This document shows positions 50,997 through 60,601 of a stretch of 64,000 bases of DNA, one piece after another (positions within the stretch are counted from its first letter, which is position 1; every line of letters starts with the position of its first letter). The notes below the pieces were generated by a model. It ran no database searches, was not told the origin of the DNA, and saw only the letters and a list, made by a program, of their open reading frames with translations. A program made the translations under genes and the position numbers. Source of the stretch: Sulfurospirillum sp. UBA4058. GTDB lineage: Bacteria > Campylobacterota > Campylobacteria > Campylobacterales > Sulfurospirillaceae. The stretch spans positions 15,653 through 79,652 of the forward strand of contig DFZK01000014.1 in NCBI GenBank assembly GCA_002382085.1. Direction: 5' to 3'.

Positions 50997-52736
50997 CTAT
51001 TGCCCTACTTTTTCGATATGTGCTAAAAATTCATCGGCATTTTTATAACCGACCAAACGCAAATCGCTCATTTCACGAGCATCCTTAAAAAATAAAATTG
51101 CCGGAGGTCCGAAAATTCCAAACGCTTTTTGAAGCTTTTTATCTTCATCGCTGTTATGCGTTACGTCGATTTTGACCAACTCCATCGTTTTGAGTTTTTC
51201 TTGAACACGAGGATCTTGAAACGTAAAACGCTCAAACTCAACGCAATTCACACACCAATCGGCATAAAAATCAACCATCACGGGTTTTTTGGCTTTAGCA
51301 ACAACCGTATTTAACTCTTCCAAACTTTTGACATGTAAGATTGAAGATTTCGACGTAGAGACAGAATTGAGCGTATTTTCTTTCAATGTTAAGCGTTCAA
51401 ACGGTGCAAGAGGATTACTTCCGCCGCTTAAAAGCCCGACGAATAAAGCAATACCGTAGAGCAAAACGATAAACCAAAAACCTTTAATAAGCTTTTTCCA
51501 TCCGCTTACACCGTTAGCAAGCGGTTCGATTGCACCGAAAAAAAGTGCCGACAAAAGGCATAAAAGCATCCACAAACCCATCGTAACGAACGAAGGGAGA
51601 ATACGAGAGAGCATCCAAATAGCCACGCCCAAAAGCGTCACACCGAAAAATGCCGTCACGTTTTGCATCCAAGCACCCGGACGAGGCATATAACGTCCCG
51701 CCGTCGTACCGATGACCAAAAGCGGAACACCCATACCTAAACTCATAACAAACAAAGCCGCTCCGCCCAAAAAGACGTCGCCCGACTGTCCGATATAGAT
51801 TAAAGCACCCGCCAAAGGAGCCGCAACGCACGGACCGACGATTAACGCCGAGATAAACCCCATAACCGCGATCCCGAGGATTCCTTGCGTTTGTGCTTCG
51901 TCGGAAGTTTTACTGAGTCGATTTTGAATACGGCTTGGCATTTTAATTTCAAAAAAACCGAACATCGACAACGCCAATACGACAAACATCGCGCTAAATA
52001 CGCCGATAACCCATGGATTTTGTAACGAAGCTTGCAAATTAGCACCGAAAAGTGCCGCTAAAATCCCTGCGATCGTATACGCCGATGCCATCGCAAGAAC
52101 ATACACCAACGATAAAACGAACCCCTTTTTCGCGCCCATCGCTACACTCGGTTGAGAGACGATGATGGACGAGAGGATCGGAATCATCGGGAAAACGCAC
52201 GGCGTGAGCGATAAAAGCAATCCAAACCCGAAAAAGCTTAAGAGAATCCAACCGTAATTGCCTTCGGCTAAACGCATTGCAATTGCATCTTGTTCCGAAA
52301 GCGACGTTTTTGCCGTATTTTGAGCGGCAAACGTAAACTGCTTGACTTGGGGCTGATAACAAATCCCCATCTCCGCACACCCTTGATACGAAACCTTAAC
52401 CTCTAACGCGGAAGTTTGCGATGCAAGAAGAGATTCGGGAATGAGCATCTTAAAAGAGCGACGTTGGGTTTGATATTCATGAAACGATTCAGCCGGTGGA
52501 CGGGTCAAAGAAGAGGTAATATCGCTACTTTGCGGCGTTAAAAGCTCTATTTTGATCTTGTCGTCGTATAAATAAACGCCCTGAGCAATCGTAAAAGCGA
52601 TATGAATACCTTGTGCGTCGCGAGAAGTCGTTACGTTAAACGCTTCTTCAGGGGTTAGAATTTTAGGTTTTTCAATCGCAAATAACGAAATTGCGAAGAA
52701 AAGAACTAAGCAAAAAGAGCTTACAATACGTTTCAC
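50997..52736 (-). CDS. dsbD: thiol:disulfide interchange protein DsbD
   Basis: Signal peptide, central multi-TM domain with TPCVFPMIP, C-terminal thioredoxin domain WCVNC. Confidence 0.85.
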   Translation of the reverse strand: MKRIVSSFCLVLFFAISLFAIEKPKILTPEEAFNVTTSRDAQGIHIAFTIAQGVYLYDDKIKIELLTPQSSDITSSLTRPPAESFHEYQTQRRSFKMLIPESLLASQTSALEVKVSYQGCAEMGICYQPQVKQFTFAAQNTAKTSLSEQDAIAMRLAEGNYGWILLSFFGFGLLLSLTPCVFPMIPILSSIIVSQPSVAMGAKKGFVLSLVYVLAMASAYTIAGILAALFGANLQASLQNPWVIGVFSAMFVVLALSMFGFFEIKMPSRIQNRLSKTSDEAQTQGILGIAVMGFISALIVGPCVAAPLAGALIYIGQSGDVFLGGAALFVMSLGMGVPLLVIGTTAGRYMPRPGAWMQNVTAFFGVTLLGVAIWMLSRILPSFVTMGLWMLLCLLSALFFGAIEPLANGVSGWKKLIKGFWFIVLLYGIALFVGLLSGGSNPLAPFERLTLKENTLNSVSTSKSSILHVKSLEELNTVVAKAKKPVMVDFYADWCVNCVEFERFTFQDPRVQEKLKTMELVKIDVTHNSDEDKKLQKAFGIFGPPAILFFKDAREMSDLRLVGYKNADEFLAHIEKVGQ

Positions 52737-52838
52737 AATGTTACCTTTAAAAAAAGAATGATTTATTGTAGCGAATAAGCCTAAATATTTTTTAAATTAC
52801 AACGATTTAAAGGCATTCAAGGGCTAAAAGGAAGAGGA

Positions 52839-53726
52839 ATGGGAAAGAAAAAGAAAACAAAAATCGCCTTTCAAAATGAAGAGATCCTTGCTTCAAAAGA
52901 AGAAAAACACGATGACAAAGTTCAAATTTGGGTCAAAAAGAGTGAGTTAAAATACGAAAAAGAGCTTACAAAACTCCAAGTCGAACTGCTCAAATTTCAA
53001 AACCACGTTAAAGATAAAGGTCTCAAAGTTCTGATTCTCGTCGAAGGGCGCGATGCGGCGGGCAAAGGCGGAACGATTAAACGTATCACCGAACATCTCA
53101 ATCCGCGAGGAGCGCGCATCGTCGCTCTTTCTAAACCTTCCGACACGGAGCGTTCACAATGGTACTTTCAACGTTATACCCAACACTTACCCTCCGCCGG
53201 AGAAATCGTCTTATTCGATCGTTCATGGTACAATCGTGCCGGCGTCGAACCGGTGATGGGATTTTGTACCCAAGAAGAACACAAAGAGTTTTTACGCGAA
53301 GTCCCGAAATTTGAAACCATGTTAGTCAACTCCGGTATTATTTTATTCAAATTTTATTTTTCGGTCGGCAAAGAAGAACAAGCCAAACGCTTTAAAGAGC
53401 GAAAAACCGATCCGCTTAAACAATTTAAACTCTCCCCCGTCGATGAAAAATCGCAAGAGCTTTGGGACGAATACACGGTCGCTAAATATTCGATGCTTTT
53501 AGCGTCCAACAATCCGCGTTGTCCATGGACGATTATTTTATCCGACGACAAGCGCAAAGCCAGACTCAATACGATTCGCCATATTTTACAAAACGTCGAT
53601 TATCCTGATAAAATTAAGAAAAAACATTTGATGTTAGATCCGAACGTCGTTCGAACCGGTAAAGAAGAAATCGAGATCATGGAAAAAAGCTTACCGAGCG
53701 AAAACCTCTCACATCTAAACGGATGA
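52839..53726 (+). CDS. ppk2: polyphosphate kinase 2
   Basis: EGRDAAGKGG Walker A, FDRSWYNR. Confidence 0.9.
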   Translation: MGKKKKTKIAFQNEEILASKEEKHDDKVQIWVKKSELKYEKELTKLQVELLKFQNHVKDKGLKVLILVEGRDAAGKGGTIKRITEHLNPRGARIVALSKPSDTERSQWYFQRYTQHLPSAGEIVLFDRSWYNRAGVEPVMGFCTQEEHKEFLREVPKFETMLVNSGIILFKFYFSVGKEEQAKRFKERKTDPLKQFKLSPVDEKSQELWDEYTVAKYSMLLASNNPRCPWTIILSDDKRKARLNTIRHILQNVDYPDKIKKKHLMLDPNVVRTGKEEIEIMEKSLPSENLSHLNG

Positions 53727-53782
53727 TGCTGTTTTCGTCTTTGAGTAAAAGATTGACAAAATATTGAGGCTGAATAAAAGAG

Positions 53783-53810
53783 GTATCCAAGCGATTTTAC
53801 GCTTGGATAC
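53783..53810 (-). terminator. intrinsic terminator after dnaK
   Basis: GTATCCAAGCG-atttta-CGCTTGGATAC; T-rich tract downstream on the minus strand. Confidence 0.65.
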
Positions 53811-53827
53811 TGAAAAAAGAGAGAAGT

Positions 53828-55708
53828 TTATTCGACTTCGGCGTCGATGACGTCGTCGTCTTTTTTAGCTTTTGGCTGCTCGCCTCCGGCGGCTCCGCCT
53901 TGCTCTTTTTTATACATGGCTTCGGCTAACTTATGGCTAGCTTCGCTTAAGGATTTTACTTTAGCGTCGATTTGCTCTTTGGTCGCACTTTCATTCGCGA
54001 GAACCTCTTTAAGAGCTTTAAGCTCCGCTTCGATTTTCGTTTTGTCTTCGGCACTAATGGCATCGCCCATTTCGCCTAACGATTTTTCGGTTTGATGCGC
54101 TAAAGCGTCGGCTTGGTTACGCGCATCGACTGCTTCTTTACGTTTTTTATCTTCTTCTTTATGCAATTCGGCATCTTTAACCATTCTTTCGATTTCGGCA
54201 TCATCAAGTCCGGAACTACCGGAAATTTTAATCTCTTGAGCTTTACCCGTCGCTTTATCTTTTGCAGAAACGGTTAAAATACCGTTGGCATCGATATCGA
54301 AAGAGACTTCGATTTGCGGTACGCCGCGAGGTGCCGGTGGAATACTCTCAAGGTTAAATTGACCGAGCGATTTATTATCACGTGCGAACTCACGCTCACC
54401 TTGAAGCGCATGAATCGTAACGGCAGGTTGATTGTCTTCCGCAGTCGAAAAAACTTGCGATTTTTTAACCGGAATCGTCGTACCTTTTTCAATCAACTTC
54501 GTCATAACGCCGCCCAACGTTTCAATACCGAGGCTTAGAGGCGTAACATCTAATAAAAGAATATCTTTGACGTCGCCTTTAATGACCGCACCTTGAATAG
54601 CCGCGCCGATCGCAACGACTTCGTCGGGATTAACGGATTTATTGAGCTCTTTTTCAAAAAACTCTTTCACTTTTTGTTGCACTAAAGGCACGCGCGTTGA
54701 TCCGCCGACCATAACGATTTCTTTAATTTCACCTTTTTTAAGATCGGAGTCATTGACGACTTCTTTGATTTTTTTGATCGTCAATGCTACCAAATCTTCA
54801 ATCATCGATTCGAATTTTGCACGTGTAAGTTTTTTAACCAAGTGTTTCGGACCGGTTGCATCGGCGGTGATAAACGGTAAGTTAACCTCCGTCTCCATAG
54901 AAGACGAAAGCTCTTTTTTTGCATTTTCCGCCGCTTCTTTAAGACGTTGCAGTGCCATAACGTCTGCTTTCAAATCGATACCGTTTTCACTTTTAAATTC
55001 GCCGACCAACCAATCGATTAAACGGTTATCAAAGTCGTCGCCGCCTAAGAAAGCATCTCCGCCCGTCGCCAATACTTCAACGACGTTATCGCCCGTTTCT
55101 AGCACGGTAACGTCGAACGTACCGCCTCCAAGATCGTAAACAACGATTTTTTCCGCTTCTTTTTTATCCAAACCGTACGCTAACGCCGCCGCCGTCGGCT
55201 CGTTAATAATACGCAATACGTTCAAACCGGCAATCGTACCGGCTTCTTTCGTCGCTTTTCTTTGGCTATCGTTAAAATATGCCGGAACGGTAATAACCGC
55301 ATCGGTCACGCTCTCGCCCAAAAAGCCCTCCGCATCTTCTTTAAGTTTCATCAAGACTTTGGCGCTAATTTCTTGCGGCGTGTACACTTTGCCGTCGATC
55401 TCGATCGCACATGCACCGTTTCGATCGACCACCGCGTAAGGAAGACGTTTTTTCGCTTCACCGGCTTTTTCTTCGTTACTCATCAAACCCATAATTCTTT
55501 TGATAGAATAAATAGTACGCTTAGGATTCGTGACTGCTTGACGTTTTGCCGTATCACCGACTAACACCTCTTCTTTGTCCGTAAAAGCGACTACTGAAGG
55601 AGTCGTGTTTTTTCCTTCTTTATTAGGAATAACTTTACTCTCTCCTCTTTCATACACGGAAACGCATGAATTGGTCGTTCCCAAATCTATACCGATTACT
55701 TTTCCCAT
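53828..55708 (-). CDS. dnaK: molecular chaperone DnaK
   Basis: [17 protein letters not shown], full-length Hsp70. Confidence 0.98.
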   Translation of the reverse strand: MGKVIGIDLGTTNSCVSVYERGESKVIPNKEGKNTTPSVVAFTDKEEVLVGDTAKRQAVTNPKRTIYSIKRIMGLMSNEEKAGEAKKRLPYAVVDRNGACAIEIDGKVYTPQEISAKVLMKLKEDAEGFLGESVTDAVITVPAYFNDSQRKATKEAGTIAGLNVLRIINEPTAAALAYGLDKKEAEKIVVYDLGGGTFDVTVLETGDNVVEVLATGGDAFLGGDDFDNRLIDWLVGEFKSENGIDLKADVMALQRLKEAAENAKKELSSSMETEVNLPFITADATGPKHLVKKLTRAKFESMIEDLVALTIKKIKEVVNDSDLKKGEIKEIVMVGGSTRVPLVQQKVKEFFEKELNKSVNPDEVVAIGAAIQGAVIKGDVKDILLLDVTPLSLGIETLGGVMTKLIEKGTTIPVKKSQVFSTAEDNQPAVTIHALQGEREFARDNKSLGQFNLESIPPAPRGVPQIEVSFDIDANGILTVSAKDKATGKAQEIKISGSSGLDDAEIERMVKDAELHKEEDKKRKEAVDARNQADALAHQTEKSLGEMGDAISAEDKTKIEAELKALKEVLANESATKEQIDAKVKSLSEASHKLAEAMYKKEQGGAAGGEQPKAKKDDDVIDAEVE

Positions 55709-55760
55709 TTTTTTATCCTTTATTTGATTTTAATATAAATGCCGATAATGCACGATTGCT

Positions 55761-56327
55761 TTATTTGGCGATACTGACCATTGCCGGTCGTAAAATTCTA
55801 TCCTTGATTTTATAGCCTTTTTGAAAGACTTGTAAAATCTCCCCGCTTTGCTTCTCTTCACTCTCAAGTTGCATAACCGCTTCGTGGACGTTCGGGTCAA
55901 ACCCGCCTTCGCTCTCGACCAATTCGATTCCGTGCTTTTCAAAAGCTTTTCGAAACTGTTCGATCGTTAGTTCAAGCCCTTCTTTAACTTTTCCTAAAAG
56001 CTCCGTGCTATCGATTTCGGTATTTTTACCGGCTATGAGTGCCATTTCTAATGCATCGATTACGGGAAGCAAGTCTCTTGCAAAGACTTCATGGGCATAA
56101 GAGATTGCCTGCATTTTTTCTTTTTCCAAACGACGTTTAATATTGTCGAAGTCGGCATTAGCTCTTAAGTATTTATCTTCAAGCTCGGCAAGCTTGGTTT
56201 TTAATTGCTCGACTTCATTGTTTTCCGAACACGGTTGAACATCGTCTGCCGCTTCCGAGCATACGTCTTGCGCTACTTCTTCGGATGCCTCTTGCCGTTG
56301 TTGCTCTTCGTTTAATGGTTCATTCAC
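55761..56327 (-). CDS. grpE: nucleotide exchange factor GrpE
   Basis: YLRANADFDNIKRR and synteny with dnaK. Confidence 0.95.
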   Translation of the reverse strand: MNEPLNEEQQRQEASEEVAQDVCSEAADDVQPCSENNEVEQLKTKLAELEDKYLRANADFDNIKRRLEKEKMQAISYAHEVFARDLLPVIDALEMALIAGKNTEIDSTELLGKVKEGLELTIEQFRKAFEKHGIELVESEGGFDPNVHEAVMQLESEEKQSGEILQVFQKGYKIKDRILRPAMVSIAK

Positions 56328-56330
56328 GCT

Positions 56331-57134
56331 TTACTCCTTCACTTGATTGAAAAAATCTTCGAAATCACTCTCGATACGACCGAAACATAACATGTCGGCC
56401 ATTGCATTTTGATCTTTTAACTGAACCTTTTGCTTTACCGCCATGCATCCAAACGGAATAAATCCGTCAAAATACAAACCGTCTTCAATCGATTCGAGAA
56501 AATGCAACCGACGAAACCGCTCGATAAACGCATCGGTCTGAAACTCTTGAGCAATCGCGTACATCTCTTTTTCACCCTCTCTCAACAGCGGAAACTGTTG
56601 AAAAATCATCGAAAGCTTTTCATGTAACTCGTAAAGTCCGACCTGCACCGAAATATCTTTGAGTTCGCGCATCGTACAACCGATAAGGCGTTGAAGAAAC
56701 TGCTCTACTTTCGTGTTGTATTTTAGGGCAACCTCATGTGCGTCAAAGACTAAAATTAAAAAGCGATCTTGGACAGCAACGATCTCTTTAAAAATAGCTT
56801 CCGAACTTCTTTCGACGACGCAAAAAAGCTGATGTTCATTCGTGGAACGCTTTAACTTCTCGATATTTTTAATTTCGACGGGAAGCGACGTGTCGATGCG
56901 TTCTTGCCAATATCCCTGTAATGCTCGATGCGTCGGTACGCGCCCGCTACTAACATGGAGCTGAACTAACGAGCCCTCTTCGGAAAGCTTTTTAAAATAG
57001 ATACGAATCGTTGAAGGTGAAATACCTAACGTCATCTTCATTTGAAGTTCCGATGAGCCGATAGGCATTTTTGACTTCAAATAAGCTTGAATAATCGATT
57101 CTAAAATCAACGCTTGCTTCGAAGGTTTTTTCAT
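56331..57134 (-). CDS. hrcA: heat-inducible transcriptional repressor HrcA
   Basis: N-terminal wHTH (ILESIIQAYL...PIGSSEL) and first position in hrcA-grpE-dnaK. Confidence 0.9.
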   Translation of the reverse strand: MKKPSKQALILESIIQAYLKSKMPIGSSELQMKMTLGISPSTIRIYFKKLSEEGSLVQLHVSSGRVPTHRALQGYWQERIDTSLPVEIKNIEKLKRSTNEHQLFCVVERSSEAIFKEIVAVQDRFLILVFDAHEVALKYNTKVEQFLQRLIGCTMRELKDISVQVGLYELHEKLSMIFQQFPLLREGEKEMYAIAQEFQTDAFIERFRRLHFLESIEDGLYFDGFIPFGCMAVKQKVQLKDQNAMADMLCFGRIESDFEDFFNQVKE

Positions 57135-57137
57135 TTT

Positions 57138-57164
57138 TTAGCACTCTTGTTATTTAATTGCTGA
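57138..57164 (-). promoter_or_regulatory. CIRCE-like HrcA operator
   Basis: TTAGCACTC-N9-AATTGCTGA. One half matches the CIRCE consensus TTAGCACTC-N9-GAGTGCTAA perfectly and the other matches 6/9. Confidence 0.65.
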
Positions 57165-57168
57165 TGTA

Positions 57169-57198
57169 ATTATACAACATTGAGTCAAGTATTGTCAA
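57169..57198 (-). promoter_or_regulatory. sigma70-type promoter of hrcA-grpE-dnaK
   Basis: On the minus strand: TTGACA, 18 nt, TATAAT, immediately upstream of the CIRCE-like element. Confidence 0.6.
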
Positions 57199-57312
57199 GT
57201 AATGCTTTAAACATCGCCCTAAACGCGATATGGAAGAAAACGTTGTTGAGCTCCGGTCATATGCCGTTAATTTCATTGCCCACTTTTTCCCTTTTATGGT
57301 ATATATCGTTTC

Positions 57313-57322
57313 TTACATGTAA
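57313..57322. repeat. iterated palindrome copy TTACATGTAA at core/RTX-island junction
   Basis: Read directly. Confidence 0.9.
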
Positions 57323-57422
57323 AGATTGCGGACTGGAAAATATAGTCTCTGATGAAGTGCAACTCTCGTAATATAAAATTCTTTTAAAAATCTAAAATTT
57401 AAAAAATATACTTTATGTATTC

Positions 57423-58727
57423 TCAATTATTAAAAAACATTGTTTCAATCTGCTGCATTTTCGTAAGTGATAAATCTCCGGTTAAGGCTAAAAGATTTAA
57501 CTCATTAAGGAGCATTTCATAAAAAGTAATTGCTAGTTCACTTTTCATTGATTGAAATTTGGTTTCAGCTTCTAGAATATCTACTTGACTTTTCGTACCC
57601 TCTTTTTCTCCTTTACGTATGGCTAACAGATACATTTGAGCAGAGTGCTTTGCTTCTTCTAAAACGCCAATGCTTTCTAATAAGGATTCTCGTTGTGTCC
57701 AAATATCTTCAAATTGATCTAATATTTGTGTATTAACGGCATTGAAGTTTTCTGAAGCTGCATGAAAAAGTAAAGTTGCTTCTTGAACTCTGGATTTTGT
57801 ATACCCACCTTGGTATAAAGGAACACTAACTTGAATCATCGCTTTATTGTCATACTTATGAGCGACAGGATCATTGGTATAGTTTTGTGCTTTACTCACA
57901 ACTAAATCTACTTTGGGGTAATGCTCATACTTTCGTATATCTATTTCCAATCTTGCAGTTTCTTTAGAGAGCTCTGCAATTTTACTATCTTTGTTATTCT
58001 CTTGCAGACGTTTTTTCCAAAAAGATTTAGCTTTTGAGAATTTTTGAATATCATAGTTGCCTTCGTAAGGTAGCACTTGATAAACACTCTGCCCTATTAA
58101 ACGTTCTAACTTAGCTTTTTCAGCTTGAAACTCTCGTTTCTTAGCAACATAATCTACTGACGCTTTGTCTTTATTCGCTTTCGCATCAAGCATTTCAATC
58201 GTATTTGAAAATCCTAAAGGAAGCATACTAAGAATTTTTTGATATTTGCTTTCATAGAAGATTTTCTGCGTATTAAGTTTTTCCATTTCCATTGAGATTT
58301 GTAAAACTTTGAAATACGCTTTTGCGACATCAATACCCAGTTGCTGTTCTTGCTGTGATAATTCCTCTTTAGAAGCTTCATACCTTGTTTGAGATTGGTC
58401 GATCACATCAAAAATTTCAGGTCGATACAAGGGTTGAACCAATGATAATGAATAGGTTTTATACATTTCTGAGGTACTTTCACCATTGTAATATGTTTCG
58501 TATTCATATTTGCCACCCGAGCCCGTTAAATCGATTTTAGGATAGAGTTTTGATTTAGCTTGATCAATACCCTCAGCCGTTGCATCTGTTTTATAACTTT
58601 GCGCCTTATACTTTGGAGCATATGAGAGAGCTAATTCGTAAGCTTGATAAAGATGTAACGATTCGTCATTCCCATAGGCTAAGGTTACATAGAGCCAAAG
58701 CAAGGAAATTAATCCTTTTTTGATCAT
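57423..58727 (-). CDS. tolC: TolC-family outer membrane efflux protein
   Basis: Signal peptide and two-repeat OEP architecture, 434 aa. Its start overlaps the hlyD stop. Confidence 0.85.
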   Translation of the reverse strand: MIKKGLISLLWLYVTLAYGNDESLHLYQAYELALSYAPKYKAQSYKTDATAEGIDQAKSKLYPKIDLTGSGGKYEYETYYNGESTSEMYKTYSLSLVQPLYRPEIFDVIDQSQTRYEASKEELSQQEQQLGIDVAKAYFKVLQISMEMEKLNTQKIFYESKYQKILSMLPLGFSNTIEMLDAKANKDKASVDYVAKKREFQAEKAKLERLIGQSVYQVLPYEGNYDIQKFSKAKSFWKKRLQENNKDSKIAELSKETARLEIDIRKYEHYPKVDLVVSKAQNYTNDPVAHKYDNKAMIQVSVPLYQGGYTKSRVQEATLLFHAASENFNAVNTQILDQFEDIWTQRESLLESIGVLEEAKHSAQMYLLAIRKGEKEGTKSQVDILEAETKFQSMKSELAITFYEMLLNELNLLALTGDLSLTKMQQIETMFFNN

Positions 58728-60103
58728 CGCTCTCGTCCTGATTCATGCCATGCTTTTTGTACTGGAGATAAGAGATATTCCATAACAGTGCGTTTACCTA
58801 AATGAATTTCACAAACCGTTTGCATACCTGATGTAAGATTGAGTATTTTATCATCCAAGTGTATTTGTTGAGCATTCAATTTAATGAGAGCTTTATAGTT
58901 CATGACCATCGTTTGTTGTGGTGGCGATGAATTACTATTACTTGGTGCGTCCACTTGAGGTTGCTGTGACTGAATAGAATCAGCTCCAACATGAATAACC
59001 TCTCCTTCTATCATGCCATATTTTTGAAAAGGATAGGCAGTCAGTTTTATCTTAACGTCTTGTCCAGGATGCACAAATCCTACATCTTCATTTTTGATCA
59101 TCACTTCTGCTTGAAGGGGATCATCATAAGGGACTAAAGACATTAAAACGGAACCGGGAGAAACAACAGAACCTTGCGTATGCGTTGCAAGATCTTTAAT
59201 CACCCCACTTTGAGGAGCTTTTAACTCTAAAAGCGTCGTTTTATGGATATTCTTACCCCATTCTTGGACTAATTTATTATATTGAGATTGAGCATCGGAG
59301 CGCTCATTTTCAAGCTGACTGTTATGATTTGAAGTAATCTGAGATAAACGCTTTTCAGAAGCTTTTACAGCAGAAATCAATCCTTGAACTGTTGATTTTT
59401 GAGCACGAAAATCTTGCTCTTTCTCAATTTTTTCGCGCTCTTTATCTTGTGCCTCAATTTGGCTTACAAAACCCTCTTTTGCAAGTTTATCAAACGAAGT
59501 AGCATTGCGTTGATATAAAGGTAGTGTCTGGGCTAATTTTTCCAAAACCTCTTTAGCCGAGGAGAGATCATGTTGTACTTTTTGAAGATTTTGTACTTCT
59601 TGGGAATAAGCATCTTCATACGCCTGTAGATTTGCCTCATAATGTTGTTTTGTTTTCAAAAAGAGATCGAGTGGATCTTCAGACAATTGTACAAATTGAC
59701 CTCTGCCAAGCTCTGCATCAATTCGCCTGAGTTGTAATGCTCTAAGCCTCATCTCGCCCTCAACACTTTGGGTATCTGAAAGCGTACTGTTTGCATCCAT
59801 ACGCATAAGAACATCCCCTTTTTTGACAGGTTGTCCTTCTTGCACCAGAATTTCTTGCACAATACCACCATCAGCAGGCTGCACGATTTTAACATAGGAT
59901 TTTGGAATAAGCTTTCCCTCAGCAGATGCCACAATATCAAGTTTTCCAAATATTGCCCATGCCAATAAAATACAAAAAAGTACAATAACCACATAGAGGA
60001 TAACTTTTGGCAATTTGTGTGGAGGACTCTCCTGAATTGCCAAAAGCCTTGGAGCAAATTCTATCGCTTCTTTAGAAATCAGAGCAATGCGCGAATTATC
60101 CAT
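58724..60103 (-). CDS. hlyD: HlyD-family type I secretion periplasmic adaptor
   Basis: N-terminal TM, long coiled coil, and C-terminal barrel ending ...MEYLLSPV. Confidence 0.9.
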   Translation of the reverse strand: MDNSRIALISKEAIEFAPRLLAIQESPPHKLPKVILYVVIVLFCILLAWAIFGKLDIVASAEGKLIPKSYVKIVQPADGGIVQEILVQEGQPVKKGDVLMRMDANSTLSDTQSVEGEMRLRALQLRRIDAELGRGQFVQLSEDPLDLFLKTKQHYEANLQAYEDAYSQEVQNLQKVQHDLSSAKEVLEKLAQTLPLYQRNATSFDKLAKEGFVSQIEAQDKEREKIEKEQDFRAQKSTVQGLISAVKASEKRLSQITSNHNSQLENERSDAQSQYNKLVQEWGKNIHKTTLLELKAPQSGVIKDLATHTQGSVVSPGSVLMSLVPYDDPLQAEVMIKNEDVGFVHPGQDVKIKLTAYPFQKYGMIEGEVIHVGADSIQSQQPQVDAPSNSNSSPPQQTMVMNYKALIKLNAQQIHLDDKILNLTSGMQTVCEIHLGKRTVMEYLLSPVQKAWHESGRER

Positions 60104-60106
60104 GCG

Positions 60107-60586
60107 TTATGCATCCTGTTTGGGAACATCCCACGCCATAATTCTTAACGGTGGATTGGATCCAAGAGCAGGAACAAATCCTTGAACACGTTGATTAGGA
60201 AATAAAGCAAGAAGCTCCGCTATAGTTTCATCCGTTTGCCCAAAAGGTGTTACGATATCCATAAGCCAAATATGAGATCCACTTTGCCATTCATGTGGGG
60301 CAATCTTAGGTTGTCCTAAAAGAAGCCGTTGGTGTACTTCATCACTTACTTTTGCCCATGTGACAAAGGCAAATGGAATCTGACTTCGCGTGTAAAGACG
60401 GCATTGATCAAGAATAATTGGAGGCATAACAGTCCAATCCGTATCGGCAATAAACGTATATTTACGCAGAGGATCTTTTGCATAAAGCCATAATGCCGGG
60501 CCTAAGATAGGCAATTTAGCAAGCGCTTGTTGCGCTTGCTGTAAATCACCTTCTGAAAATGGATGCTGTTTGTTTTCTTCTGACAT
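60107..60586 (-). CDS. hlyC: RTX toxin-activating lysine acyltransferase (HlyC family)
   Basis: ~160 aa with HlyC-like core (IPFAFVTWAKVSDEV...WQSGSHIWLMDIVTPFG). Confidence 0.8.
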   Translation of the reverse strand: MSEENKQHPFSEGDLQQAQQALAKLPILGPALWLYAKDPLRKYTFIADTDWTVMPPIILDQCRLYTRSQIPFAFVTWAKVSDEVHQRLLLGQPKIAPHEWQSGSHIWLMDIVTPFGQTDETIAELLALFPNQRVQGFVPALGSNPPLRIMAWDVPKQDA

Positions 60587-60601
60587 GTAATTCTCTCCTT
60601 T

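Noticed and set aside
51318-51338. Another dif-like fragment (TTCCAAACTT) next to a TGACATGTAA copy inside dsbD
   Set aside because: The match is only 10 bp, has no inverted partner arm, and lies in conserved coding sequence. It is most likely chance.
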